Origin: an uncultured Gammaproteobacteria bacterium
GTDB lineage: Bacteria > Patescibacteriota > Patescibacteriia > Magasanikbacterales > JBBTXJ01
Assembly (NCBI GenBank): GCA_964610305.1
Contig: CAZSVL010000005.1
Span: forward strand, 14,815 to 78,814
Length of the DNA stretch: 64,000 bases
Reading direction: 5' to 3'
Numbering within the stretch: the first letter of the stretch is position 1; the number at the start of each line of letters is the position of its first letter. The notes under the pieces are model-generated. The model was not told the origin of the DNA. It saw nothing but the letters and a program-made list of their open reading frames with translations, and searched no databases. A program made the position numbers and the translations under genes. Below are positions 19,262 to 27,401 of the stretch, one piece after another.

Positions 19262-19810
19262 TTATGCGGCGTTTTTAATTATGTCAGCAATTCTTGAAAT
19301 TGATTGTTTTAGTTTTCCATTTCTGTTATCTACCGTATGGTCATAGAGATTTTTGTGCTCTAGCCATTGTTTGGTATAGGACATTCTCTCCGCAATTTGA
19401 TCCTCAGTCATACCGCCTCTGCCTCGGATTCTTTGCTCTAGGTGCTCAAGAGGAGCTGTTATAAGAATAGAAGGTGTATCCGGAAGAAGCTCTTTTGCGC
19501 TCTTTACACCCTTGTAATCAATTTTCCAAATAAACACATCATTGCTTTCCTGCGCTTTTTTAATTGCTTTATAAGAAACACCATAGAGCTGGTCATTGTA
19601 TTGTCTGGCGTGCTCAAAAAATTTATCTTCTTTAAGATCTTCCAAGAATTTCTCTTTAGATACAAAGTGGTAAGGGTTTCCCTCTGATTCTCCCGGTCGC
19701 ATTTTTCTGGTAGTGGTAGTAATAATGCGTTTTATGGGCATGATTTTTTGTAGCCCAGAGATAATGCTGTCTTCTCCTGCTCCGGATGGTCCAGATAAAA
19801 TAATGATCAT
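19262..19810 (-). CDS. gmk: Guanylate kinase
   Basis: LSGPSGAG, TTTTRKMRPGESEGNPYHFV. Confidence 0.93.
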   Translation of the reverse strand: MIIILSGPSGAGEDSIISGLQKIMPIKRIITTTTRKMRPGESEGNPYHFVSKEKFLEDLKEDKFFEHARQYNDQLYGVSYKAIKKAQESNDVFIWKIDYKGVKSAKELLPDTPSILITAPLEHLEQRIRGRGGMTEDQIAERMSYTKQWLEHKNLYDHTVDNRNGKLKQSISRIADIIKNAA

Positions 19811-20754
19811 ACTTTTGGCGTTAGCGTTTGCAGAAATTTTGCCAACTCATCCGGGAGCGGAATTTCAAAGTCAACTTTTTTTTCATCAAGATTAGTAAAC
19901 CCTAACTTGGTAGCATGCAAAAAGAGCCTTTTTGCAGAGTCATCAATTTTTTGATTCTGTCTTTTGTGTCTGTAGAGTGGATCTCCCACAACAGCATGAT
20001 CAATGGCAAAAAGATGCACGCGTATCTGATGGGTTCTTCCTGTTTTTGGTTTAACGCTTAGCAATGTTGCGTTTGCGTAGCGTTTTTTTATTTCATAGTC
20101 CGTGATAGCCTCCTTACCTTCTTGAGAATTTGGTCTGGCCGCCATTTTCCCGCCGTTTTTGCTTCTAGCAATAGGAAAATTTATGGTTCCTAGCTCATCT
20201 TCCAGGAGACCATGTACCAGAACAGAATATTCCTTATCTACGGTGCGAGATGCAAATTGGGATTTTAGATTATCGTAAGATTCCTGTGTTAAAGCTATTA
20301 CCATAAGGCCGCTTGCGTCTTTATCTAGTCGGTGCATTATACCGGGACGGAGCTCTGGATCATCGCCAACATCATGAGACTGTGGGTATTTTTGTTTAAT
20401 CCAACTTGCCAGTGTGTGTTTTTCCATTCGGTCTGTTGGGTGTGCCAAGAGACCGAAAGGCTTATTAATAATTACGTATTCATCAGTTTTTTCTATTACC
20501 TCTACTGGTAATGGTTTGCTTTTGTCCTCCGTAATGGCAATACTTGGTTTTGAGACAACGGTTTTAAATACAACAATGTCATTTTCTTTGAGAAAATGGT
20601 GTGGGGCTAAAATAGGATCATTGGCAACCGTGACGCCACCAATTTTAATAATTTTTTGAATTTTACTTCTGGAAATATCAGGAAGCATGCGTACCAAAAA
20701 ATGATCCAGGCGCGAGCCCGCATCGCTTAATTGAGCAATAAATGATGCTTTCAT
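19807..20754 (-). CDS. rluD: RluA/RluD-family RNA pseudouridine synthase
   Basis: S4 domain, INKP, HRLDKDASGL, TGRTHQIRVH, LFLHA. Confidence 0.9.
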   Translation of the reverse strand: MKASFIAQLSDAGSRLDHFLVRMLPDISRSKIQKIIKIGGVTVANDPILAPHHFLKENDIVVFKTVVSKPSIAITEDKSKPLPVEVIEKTDEYVIINKPFGLLAHPTDRMEKHTLASWIKQKYPQSHDVGDDPELRPGIMHRLDKDASGLMVIALTQESYDNLKSQFASRTVDKEYSVLVHGLLEDELGTINFPIARSKNGGKMAARPNSQEGKEAITDYEIKKRYANATLLSVKPKTGRTHQIRVHLFAIDHAVVGDPLYRHKRQNQKIDDSAKRLFLHATKLGFTNLDEKKVDFEIPLPDELAKFLQTLTPKV

Positions 20755-20813
20755 ATGAGCCGCAGTATAGCACGCTTGAAAAAAAGCGCAAAAGATGGTA
20801 TTATTTGTGCCGT

Positions 20814-21080
20814 ATGGCTTGCGTCTACATTTTAAGATCAGAAAGTGGAAGGTATTATGTGGGCAGTGCGATTGATGTTGATTCTCGTTTGAGACACCAT
20901 AAGGGCGGATTTACTCATTCAACTGCTCGCATGGGTAAGTTGGAGGTTGTGTTAGTGCAGCAGTATGAGACTCTGAAAGAAGCACGTTTCGTTGAAAGAA
21001 GGATAAAGAGAATGAAAAGGAAAGATTACATTGATAAGATGGTGGCCGACGGAAAAATCAAAATTAAGATGCGTGAGTAG
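20814..21080 (+). CDS. GIY-YIG nuclease family protein overlapping the tRNA 5' end
   Basis: VYILRSESGRYYVGS...RLRHH...EARFVERRIK; the last codons and stop are tRNA nt 1-10. Confidence 0.9.
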   Translation: MACVYILRSESGRYYVGSAIDVDSRLRHHKGGFTHSTARMGKLEVVLVQQYETLKEARFVERRIKRMKRKDYIDKMVADGKIKIKMRE

Positions 21081-21143
21081 CTCAACCGGCAGAGCGCGAA
21101 GCTTATACCTTCGTGGTTCCAGGTTCAAGTCCTGGCTCACGCA
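21071..21143 (+). tRNA. tRNA-Ile (anticodon UAU)
   Basis: Acceptor GCGTGAG/CTCACGC, D-stem GCTC/GAGC, anticodon stem CGAAG/CTTCG with loop CT-TAT-AC, T-arm CCAGG-TTCAAGT-CCTGG, discriminator A; CCA not encoded. Confidence 0.93.
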
Positions 21144-21144
21144 C

Positions 21145-21257
21145 GAGTAGCCCCGACGCCCGAAGGGGTCGGGGGGCCGACTGAAACGTCGGCCCTCAAC
21201 CGGCAGAGCGCGAAGCTTATACCTTCGTGGTTCCAGGTTCAAGTCCTGGCTCACGCA
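21145..21257 (+). pseudogene. Tandem duplicate of tRNA-Ile(UAU) lacking nt 1-4 and interrupted by a 44-nt double hairpin
   Basis: GAGTAG + insert (21151-21194) + CTCAACC...CTCACGCA, identical to the first copy. Confidence 0.85.
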
Positions 21258-21265
21258 CAAAAGAG

Positions 21266-21290
21266 GCCCTTGACTAAGCAAGGGTTTTTT
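21266..21290 (+). terminator. Terminator of the tRNA unit
   Basis: CCCTTG-ACTAAG-CAAGGG followed by a T-run. Confidence 0.65.
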
Positions 21291-21322
21291 GTTATGCTTT
21301 TTGCCAATGCCAAGGGGGCTAT

Positions 21323-21685
21323 GTGACAGAAGTGGACACCAGCAAAGTACACAAAGTTTTTGTTGAGTTAAACAATGACAGGAAGATGGGGTTTGTGTAT
21401 TTTTCGTGCAAGAAAGGGGTGAGGAGAGGCACACTTTTTGTGCATAAGCCCGCGCGCGTTAGAACAGCGCGGAGCATCGTGGTAGATGTGGATGGTGGAC
21501 AGGCCGGACACAAAGAAGACGTTACGCTTACACTAGATCCCGATGATTGGGTTTACGTTACCCTTGATAACGCCGGGTATTGCAAGGTGAGGGTGCGGCT
21601 CGCTCAAGTTCAGTGTGCCAATCTTGCAGGTCACGGCCGCTTTTATTTTGAAGTTCAGGGGGCGGATCAAGCCAGAGGAAGGTAA
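21323..21685 (+). CDS. Hypothetical protein
   Basis: 120-aa ORF with AAGGGG upstream and a terminator downstream (21691-21717). Confidence 0.5.
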   Translation: MTEVDTSKVHKVFVELNNDRKMGFVYFSCKKGVRRGTLFVHKPARVRTARSIVVDVDGGQAGHKEDVTLTLDPDDWVYVTLDNAGYCKVRVRLAQVQCANLAGHGRFYFEVQGADQARGR

Positions 21686-21721
21686 AGTGGGACGCTGTGG
21701 AAACGCAGCGTTTTTTTATTG

Positions 21722-21750
21722 TTGACACCTATTGACACCTTTTGATACCA
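21722..21750 (+). promoter_or_regulatory. Three 10-bp-phased direct repeats (probable operator overlapping the promoter)
   Basis: TTGACACCT / TTGACACCT / TTGATACCA at 21722, 21732 and 21742. Confidence 0.7.
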
Positions 21751-21762
21751 TAAAGCTTAACT

Positions 21763-22008
21763 ATGCCAGAGATTAAGCCACTTGAGGTGTACACCACCAA
21801 AGAAGCGCAGGAGCTTCTTAAGGTAAGCACCAGCACGATGAAACGTCTTTTAAAAAAGGGGCTCATACGTGCAAACAAAGTAGGGGGTCGCTACCGAATT
21901 TTAGGTAAAGAGCTTTTGCGTGTTGTCTCTCCGCAAGCGGAGCAGAAGGCTACAAAAGCGTACCTTGGCCTAAAGAAAAAGGTAGTTGAAGAGATAAAGG
22001 ATTGGTAG
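21763..22008 (+). CDS. Excisionase/MerR-like (HTH_17, BldC-like) DNA-binding protein
   Basis: VYTTKEAQELLKVSTSTMKRLLKKGLIRANKVGGRYRI. Confidence 0.9.
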   Translation: MPEIKPLEVYTTKEAQELLKVSTSTMKRLLKKGLIRANKVGGRYRILGKELLRVVSPQAEQKATKAYLGLKKKVVEEIKDW

Positions 22009-22020
22009 GGAGGCCCACTT

Positions 22021-22833
22021 ATGCAAACTATTATAAAGCCAGAACGCTGGCTTAAAATTGATTTTAAAGAATTGTGGCATTTTAGGGAGCTTTTTTATAT
22101 TTTTGCGTGGCGCGATGTGATGGTGCGGTACAAACAGACGGCCATAGGTATTGTGTGGGCCATTTTGCAACCATTTATTATGATGGTTGTTTTTAGTGTC
22201 TTTTTTGGAAAAGTCGCAGGCATTGATAGTGGCGATATTCCGTATCCCATTTTTTCATATATGGGTCTTTTGTACTGGAATTATTTTTCTAATGCGCTCA
22301 ATGGTGCATCTGCTAGTTTGGTGAGTAATCAGGCAATGGTGCAAAAAATTTATTTTCCTCGTTTGATTGTGCCGCTTTCTGGTATTTTTGTATTTTTGGT
22401 TGATTTTGTTTTTGCTGCCGTAGTTTTGGGTGGGCTTATGATTTATTACCACATACCTCCTACCTTTTTGGGTATTGCCATGGTTATCCCTTCATTGCTG
22501 ATCAGTACTATTGCCGCGGCCGGTCTCGGCCTCTTCTTTGCGGCGGTTAACGTAAAATTCAGAGACGTAAGATACGCGCTGCCATTTTTTATCCAACTGC
22601 TTATTTTTGTAACACCGGTTATCTATCCAACCGGTGTGCTTGGAAAATATGAGTGGCTCTGGTTTTTAAATCCTATGAGTGGCGTTATCTCTACCATGAG
22701 AACAGCTATGCTGGGAACGGGCGATATTAATTGGGTGTTGTATGGTGGAGCTGCTGCAGTATCTGTGTTTTTGCTTGTCTTGGGCGTGGTGTATTTTAAA
22801 AAAACAGAGCGTTATTTTGCCGATATTGTATGA
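22021..22833 (+). CDS. wzm: Polysaccharide ABC exporter permease (Wzm/TagG)
   Basis: RDVMVRYKQTAIGIVWAILQP, FRDVRY, TPVIYP, LNPM. Confidence 0.93.
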   Translation: MQTIIKPERWLKIDFKELWHFRELFYIFAWRDVMVRYKQTAIGIVWAILQPFIMMVVFSVFFGKVAGIDSGDIPYPIFSYMGLLYWNYFSNALNGASASLVSNQAMVQKIYFPRLIVPLSGIFVFLVDFVFAAVVLGGLMIYYHIPPTFLGIAMVIPSLLISTIAAAGLGLFFAAVNVKFRDVRYALPFFIQLLIFVTPVIYPTGVLGKYEWLWFLNPMSGVISTMRTAMLGTGDINWVLYGGAAAVSVFLLVLGVVYFKKTERYFADIV

Positions 22834-24095
22834 GGCCGGTAATTCAAGTAAAAAATTTGGGAAAAGAGTACCGCAAGGGGCGGCCAAGTGGTTATGTGGC
22901 TCTTAGAGATGTTTTTGCTGGAATCTTGATGAAGCCGTTTAAGTGGTTAAAGATAAAGGTAAGTGCTCCTGATGTTTTTTGGGCGCTCAAAGACATTAAT
23001 TTTGAAGTACATAAAGGTGAAGTGCTGGGCATAATTGGTTCAAACGGTGCAGGAAAATCTACGCTTTTGAAAGTGCTCTCTAGAATCACCTACCCCACAA
23101 CAGGAGAGGTTCGTATAAAAGGTATGGTGAGCAGTTTGCTTGAGGTGGGAACAGGATTTCATCCAGAATTATCAGGAAGAGAAAATGTTTATTTGAACGG
23201 TTCAGTTTTGGGTATGACGCGAAAAGAGATTAGGAAAAAATTTGATGATATTGTATCTTTTGCAGGAGTTGAAGAATTCATTGACATGCCCATAAAGCGC
23301 TACTCAAGTGGCATGCAGGTACGCCTTGCTTTTGCGGTGGCCGCTCATCTTGATCCTGATATTTTAATTGTTGATGAGGTTCTTGCGGTTGGCGATGCGG
23401 CGTTTCAGAAAAAATCCCTCGCTAAAATGGAGCGCGTAACACGCACGCACGGGCGGACGATTTTATTTGTTAGCCACAACATGAACGCCATTACCCGATT
23501 ATGCAAGCGCGTAATTTGGCTTGATGAAGGAAAAATAAGAATGGAGGGTTCTGCCAATAAAGTGGTAGACGCTTATTTAGAAGAATATGGAGGAGAAAGC
23601 GCACAGTTTGAATTCCCTCAGGTGGAGTCAGATGAAAAGAAAATTGTTTTAGAGCGCATTGGGATTTATGATCATAATGGCAAGCCGCAACGTAAGCTTG
23701 ATGTAAGCAAGCCTTTTGAGGTAAGAGTGGACTACACCGTAAAGAAAGATGTGCAGGGAGGATATGTGGGGGTGAACTTTTTTGACTTGACCACTAACAC
23801 GCAGCTGATGGAATCGTTGGATGTTGACACTAATCCTTCTTTGTATATGCAGCGCCGCGCAGGTTCTTATACAAGCACTTTCAGTTTCCCCGCTGGTCTT
23901 TTTAACGCTATTACGCTAAAATTATTTGTCCACGCCGGAGTTTTTCCAAACACCAAAAATAGCGTGCACAAAAGTATGGGGGATTTGACCATCTCCTTTT
24001 TTGATCACAACAGCTTTGCCACAAAAGTCATGAGTGGAAGGCGAAAAACCAGCTTGCTCATGAAGGTGCCTACACGTGTTATTTCTCGCCACTAG
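22830..24095 (+). CDS. wzt: Polysaccharide ABC exporter ATPase with C-terminal carbohydrate-binding domain (Wzt)
   Basis: GSNGAGKSTLL, YSSGMQVRLAF, DEVLAVGD, beta-rich C-terminus. Confidence 0.93.
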   Translation: MRPVIQVKNLGKEYRKGRPSGYVALRDVFAGILMKPFKWLKIKVSAPDVFWALKDINFEVHKGEVLGIIGSNGAGKSTLLKVLSRITYPTTGEVRIKGMVSSLLEVGTGFHPELSGRENVYLNGSVLGMTRKEIRKKFDDIVSFAGVEEFIDMPIKRYSSGMQVRLAFAVAAHLDPDILIVDEVLAVGDAAFQKKSLAKMERVTRTHGRTILFVSHNMNAITRLCKRVIWLDEGKIRMEGSANKVVDAYLEEYGGESAQFEFPQVESDEKKIVLERIGIYDHNGKPQRKLDVSKPFEVRVDYTVKKDVQGGYVGVNFFDLTTNTQLMESLDVDTNPSLYMQRRAGSYTSTFSFPAGLFNAITLKLFVHAGVFPNTKNSVHKSMGDLTISFFDHNSFATKVMSGRRKTSLLMKVPTRVISRH

Positions 24096-24096
24096 T

Positions 24097-25455
24097 ATGA
24101 ACAATCCACTGATTTCCATTATCATCAGGACAAAAAATGAAGAACGTTGGATTACGTTTTGTTTGGATATGATTGGCAGACAAACGTATAAAAATGTTGA
24201 GGTTATTTTGGTTGATAATCAGAGCACCGATAATACCGTGGCACTTGCTCAAAAGTATCCTTTAAATTTGGTAACCATAGATAAGTATATTCCTGGCAAG
24301 GCGCTTAATGATGGGATAAGGGCGTCTAAAGGCGAATTTATTGTTTGTGTTTCTGCTCATTGCATTCCAAGAGATGAGCATTGGCTTGCTACACTTCTGA
24401 AAAATTTTGAAGATCCGCAAGTGGCTGGCGTTTACGGAAGGCAGGAGCCGCTTGGTTTTAGCACGCCAGCAGACCAGCGGGATTTGGTAATTACCTTTGG
24501 TTTGGATAAGCGCATTCAAAAGAAAGATAGCTTTTTTCATAATGCTAATTCAATGGTGCGCCGCAGTATTTGGGAGCAGTTTCCTTTTGATGAGCAGGCA
24601 ACTAATATTGAGGACCGCATTTGGGGCAAGGCAGTGACGCAGGCCGGCTATAGCTTGGTGTATGAGCCAGAGGCATCAGTATTTCATCATCATGGCATCC
24701 ATCAAGCTAATAAAAAACCAGAACGCGTAGCTGGCGTGGCTCGCATTATTGCAGAAGTAGAAGACCATCTTGAGTTGGATAGATTGCCGGTGTCTCTTGA
24801 TCCCAGCAAGCTTGAGATAATTGCGTTTGTTCCGGTTCGTGGCCTGCCAGTTCAGGTTGGTAATCATAATTTGCTAGAGCGTTGCATAAAGAATCTGAAG
24901 AGTAGCTCATGGATTAAGAAAGTCTATGTGCTGGGCGATGAGCCAAGTTTAGAATCGCTTTGCCAGGCAGTGGGAGCTCATTTAATTGTGCGCCCGCCAG
25001 AGCTCTCAGAAAAAGAAACTTCTATTGATCAGGTTTTGGCTTTTGGGTATCGGCAGGTTTTGAGCATGGGAGTGGTGCCAGATATTGTGGTCTACGCTAA
25101 TTACCTCTTTCCGTTTAGGCCGCCAGCGCTTTTTGACACGCTTATTCACGATGTTCTCTATAAAGGACTAGATTCTGTGATTGCCGCTCGTCCCGAGTAT
25201 GGACCATATTGGGCCAAACAAGAAGGATCTTTTGAGAGAGTGGATTCTGGCTTTGCTTCAAGAGAAGTAAAGCAGCCCATGATGCAGGGGCTTATTGGTT
25301 TGGGGTGCGCATCGGTCCCCAAGTTTATTAAGGAAGGATCAATACTAGGAGAGCGTGTGGGAATGGTTGCATTTGATGATCCGCTGCACAGCATAAAAAT
25401 AAACAGCAGCACGGACCACTATCATAAAAAAATAGCAGAAGTATTTTTAACATAA
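24097..25455 (+). CDS. GT2 glycosyltransferase fused to a cytidylyltransferase-like domain
   Basis: SIIIRTKNEE...VDNQSTD N-terminal GT-A; C-terminal IIAFVPVRG...RPPELS...PFR resembles the NeuA fold. Confidence 0.8.
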   Translation: MNNPLISIIIRTKNEERWITFCLDMIGRQTYKNVEVILVDNQSTDNTVALAQKYPLNLVTIDKYIPGKALNDGIRASKGEFIVCVSAHCIPRDEHWLATLLKNFEDPQVAGVYGRQEPLGFSTPADQRDLVITFGLDKRIQKKDSFFHNANSMVRRSIWEQFPFDEQATNIEDRIWGKAVTQAGYSLVYEPEASVFHHHGIHQANKKPERVAGVARIIAEVEDHLELDRLPVSLDPSKLEIIAFVPVRGLPVQVGNHNLLERCIKNLKSSSWIKKVYVLGDEPSLESLCQAVGAHLIVRPPELSEKETSIDQVLAFGYRQVLSMGVVPDIVVYANYLFPFRPPALFDTLIHDVLYKGLDSVIAARPEYGPYWAKQEGSFERVDSGFASREVKQPMMQGLIGLGCASVPKFIKEGSILGERVGMVAFDDPLHSIKINSSTDHYHKKIAEVFLT

Positions 25456-25458
25456 AAT

Positions 25459-26511
25459 ATGAAAAATTTTTCCATTTTTGGCAGAGAGGTAGGAGAAGGA
25501 CGGCCCACTTTAATCATTGCAGAGGCGGGACTTAATCATAATGGGCAAATGTCTATTGCCAAGGAGCTCATTGATGTTGCCGCAGATGCGCTCTGCGATG
25601 TAGTGAAGTTTCAAAAAAGAGATGTTCCCAATTTGGTTACCAAGGAATTCATGGATAGCGCCGACACGCGCTTCCCTTCTTTTGGGAGAACATACAGGCA
25701 GATACGCGAGTACGTAGAATTTTCAGAAAGAGAACTTCTAGAGTTAAAAGAATATGCGCAGAGCAAAGACATTGCGTTTTTAGCAACGCCATTTGATATA
25801 CCATCCGCACAAATGCTTGAGCGTATTGGAGTGGAGGCTTACAAAAGCGCCAGTCATAATCTAACACACCTGCCGCTGCTAGAGCATTTGGCAAAACAAG
25901 GCAAGCCAATAATAGCGTCTACCGGCATGTCTACGCCGGAGGAGGTGGACGGGGCAGTGGCGGTTTTGCAAAAATACCAATGCCCATTTGCGCTGCTGCA
26001 TTGTGTGTCTTCTTACCCAACAAGAGCGCAGCTTATTAATTTGCGAGGAATGGATTATCTGCGCGAAAGATACGGAGTGCCCGTGGGATACTCAGGTCAT
26101 GAGGATTTGGCTATGGGATACTTGCCAACACTGGCTGCCGTTGCACGCGGTGCTGCTATTGTTGAGCGTCACATAACATTAGACACTCAAATGGAAGGAT
26201 TTGATCATAAGCTTTCAGTGGACCCATCTTCTCTAAAAAATATGGTGCGCGACATTAGGCTAGTGGATACTATGTTGGGATCAGGAGGAAAGCAACTACT
26301 CCCAGAAGAAATGGTAAAACGTGATCAGCAGCGTGTCTCCATTGTGGCCGCTCACAGTCTGCCGGCAAATACCGTGATTACCCAGGACATGCTTGCATTT
26401 AAAGGCCCGGGAACAGGAATAGCAGCTTATAAAGTAAATGAGGTTGTAGGAAGATCAACAAAAGAATTTATAACAGAAGATACCCTTATTACGTTTGACA
26501 TGCTTGTATGA
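25459..26511 (+). CDS. neuB: N-acetylneuraminate/nonulosonate synthase (NeuB family, SAF domain)
   Basis: IIAEAGLNHNG, VKFQKR, STGMS, LHCVSSYP, GYSGHE, ERHITLD. Confidence 0.93.
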   Translation: MKNFSIFGREVGEGRPTLIIAEAGLNHNGQMSIAKELIDVAADALCDVVKFQKRDVPNLVTKEFMDSADTRFPSFGRTYRQIREYVEFSERELLELKEYAQSKDIAFLATPFDIPSAQMLERIGVEAYKSASHNLTHLPLLEHLAKQGKPIIASTGMSTPEEVDGAVAVLQKYQCPFALLHCVSSYPTRAQLINLRGMDYLRERYGVPVGYSGHEDLAMGYLPTLAAVARGAAIVERHITLDTQMEGFDHKLSVDPSSLKNMVRDIRLVDTMLGSGGKQLLPEEMVKRDQQRVSIVAAHSLPANTVITQDMLAFKGPGTGIAAYKVNEVVGRSTKEFITEDTLITFDMLV

Positions 26512-27401
26512 GCGATGAATTTAGAGGGGAAGATTTAGCTCCGTTAGTTTCTTATTTAACAGAGTACAGAGACTGTCTTGTGTGCGGCAGTGATAACAAT
26601 GAACTGTGGGCTAGTTTTGGTGTCTATAAAGCTGTTCAATGTAGCGACTGCAGTTTTGTTTGGATGAATCCATTTTGTAACAATCGAGGACTCAGCTTTT
26701 ATTATAGAGATTACATTGGCAAAAGGCGGTTGTCTGATGGGAAGAAAATGGAGCAGCGTGCCATCCAGTATCAGGAGGATGGTCGCTTTTTGGAAAATTT
26801 TGTGAAAGAAGGAAAGCTGCTGGATGTGGGATGTAATGGTGGCTTTTTTTTGGCATCACTTTCATCGGGTTTTGATAAGCATGGGGTAGAGATAGACATG
26901 CACGCCGTCATGTATGCGCGAGAACATCATAGATTTGGCAGCCAAGTGCTTTGCGTTGATTTAATGGAGTCTCCATATGAGAATGAGAGTTTTGATGTTA
27001 TCACCATGCGCGGCACAATAGAGCACATGCCTAATCCGGCGGGCGCCATTGAGAAAATTAGCAGCTTGCTAAAACCGGGGGGGTATTATTACGTCACCGC
27101 AACCCCAAATGTAGACAGTCCGGCGGCGCGCATATATCGGGAGCAATGGACGCTTTTTCATCCCGTGCAACATATTTATCATTTCAGTCCGCGAACCCTC
27201 TCTATTTTGTGCGAGCGATTTGATCTGGAATTGATTGCGGAGAGTTTTCCGTATGAGCAGACGCCTTATGCTGATGTTCCCAATGATGTGTCTGCAATTA
27301 TTGATGCAAAACGCCTGCGCGAAGCTGGAGAATCGTTGCCCGTGAGTGGGCCGTTTTGGGGTAGTATGATGAGTCTTGTTTTCAGAAAGAAGAATTTATG
27401 A
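26508..27401 (+). CDS. SAM-dependent methyltransferase with N-terminal zinc ribbon
   Basis: CLVC...CSDC, LLDVGCNGGFFL, IEHMPNP, LKPGG. Confidence 0.88.
   Translation: MSDEFRGEDLAPLVSYLTEYRDCLVCGSDNNELWASFGVYKAVQCSDCSFVWMNPFCNNRGLSFYYRDYIGKRRLSDGKKMEQRAIQYQEDGRFLENFVKEGKLLDVGCNGGFFLASLSSGFDKHGVEIDMHAVMYAREHHRFGSQVLCVDLMESPYENESFDVITMRGTIEHMPNPAGAIEKISSLLKPGGYYYVTATPNVDSPAARIYREQWTLFHPVQHIYHFSPRTLSILCERFDLELIAESFPYEQTPYADVPNDVSAIIDAKRLREAGESLPVSGPFWGSMMSLVFRKKNL

Noticed and set aside
21145-21257. Intron-containing functional tRNA
   Set aside because: The copy lacks acceptor-stem nt 1-4, and the 44-nt insert has no group I/II or bulge-helix-bulge features.
20952-21434. 160-aa minus-strand ORF with an internal repeat
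   Set aside because: It is the antisense translation of the duplicated tRNA.
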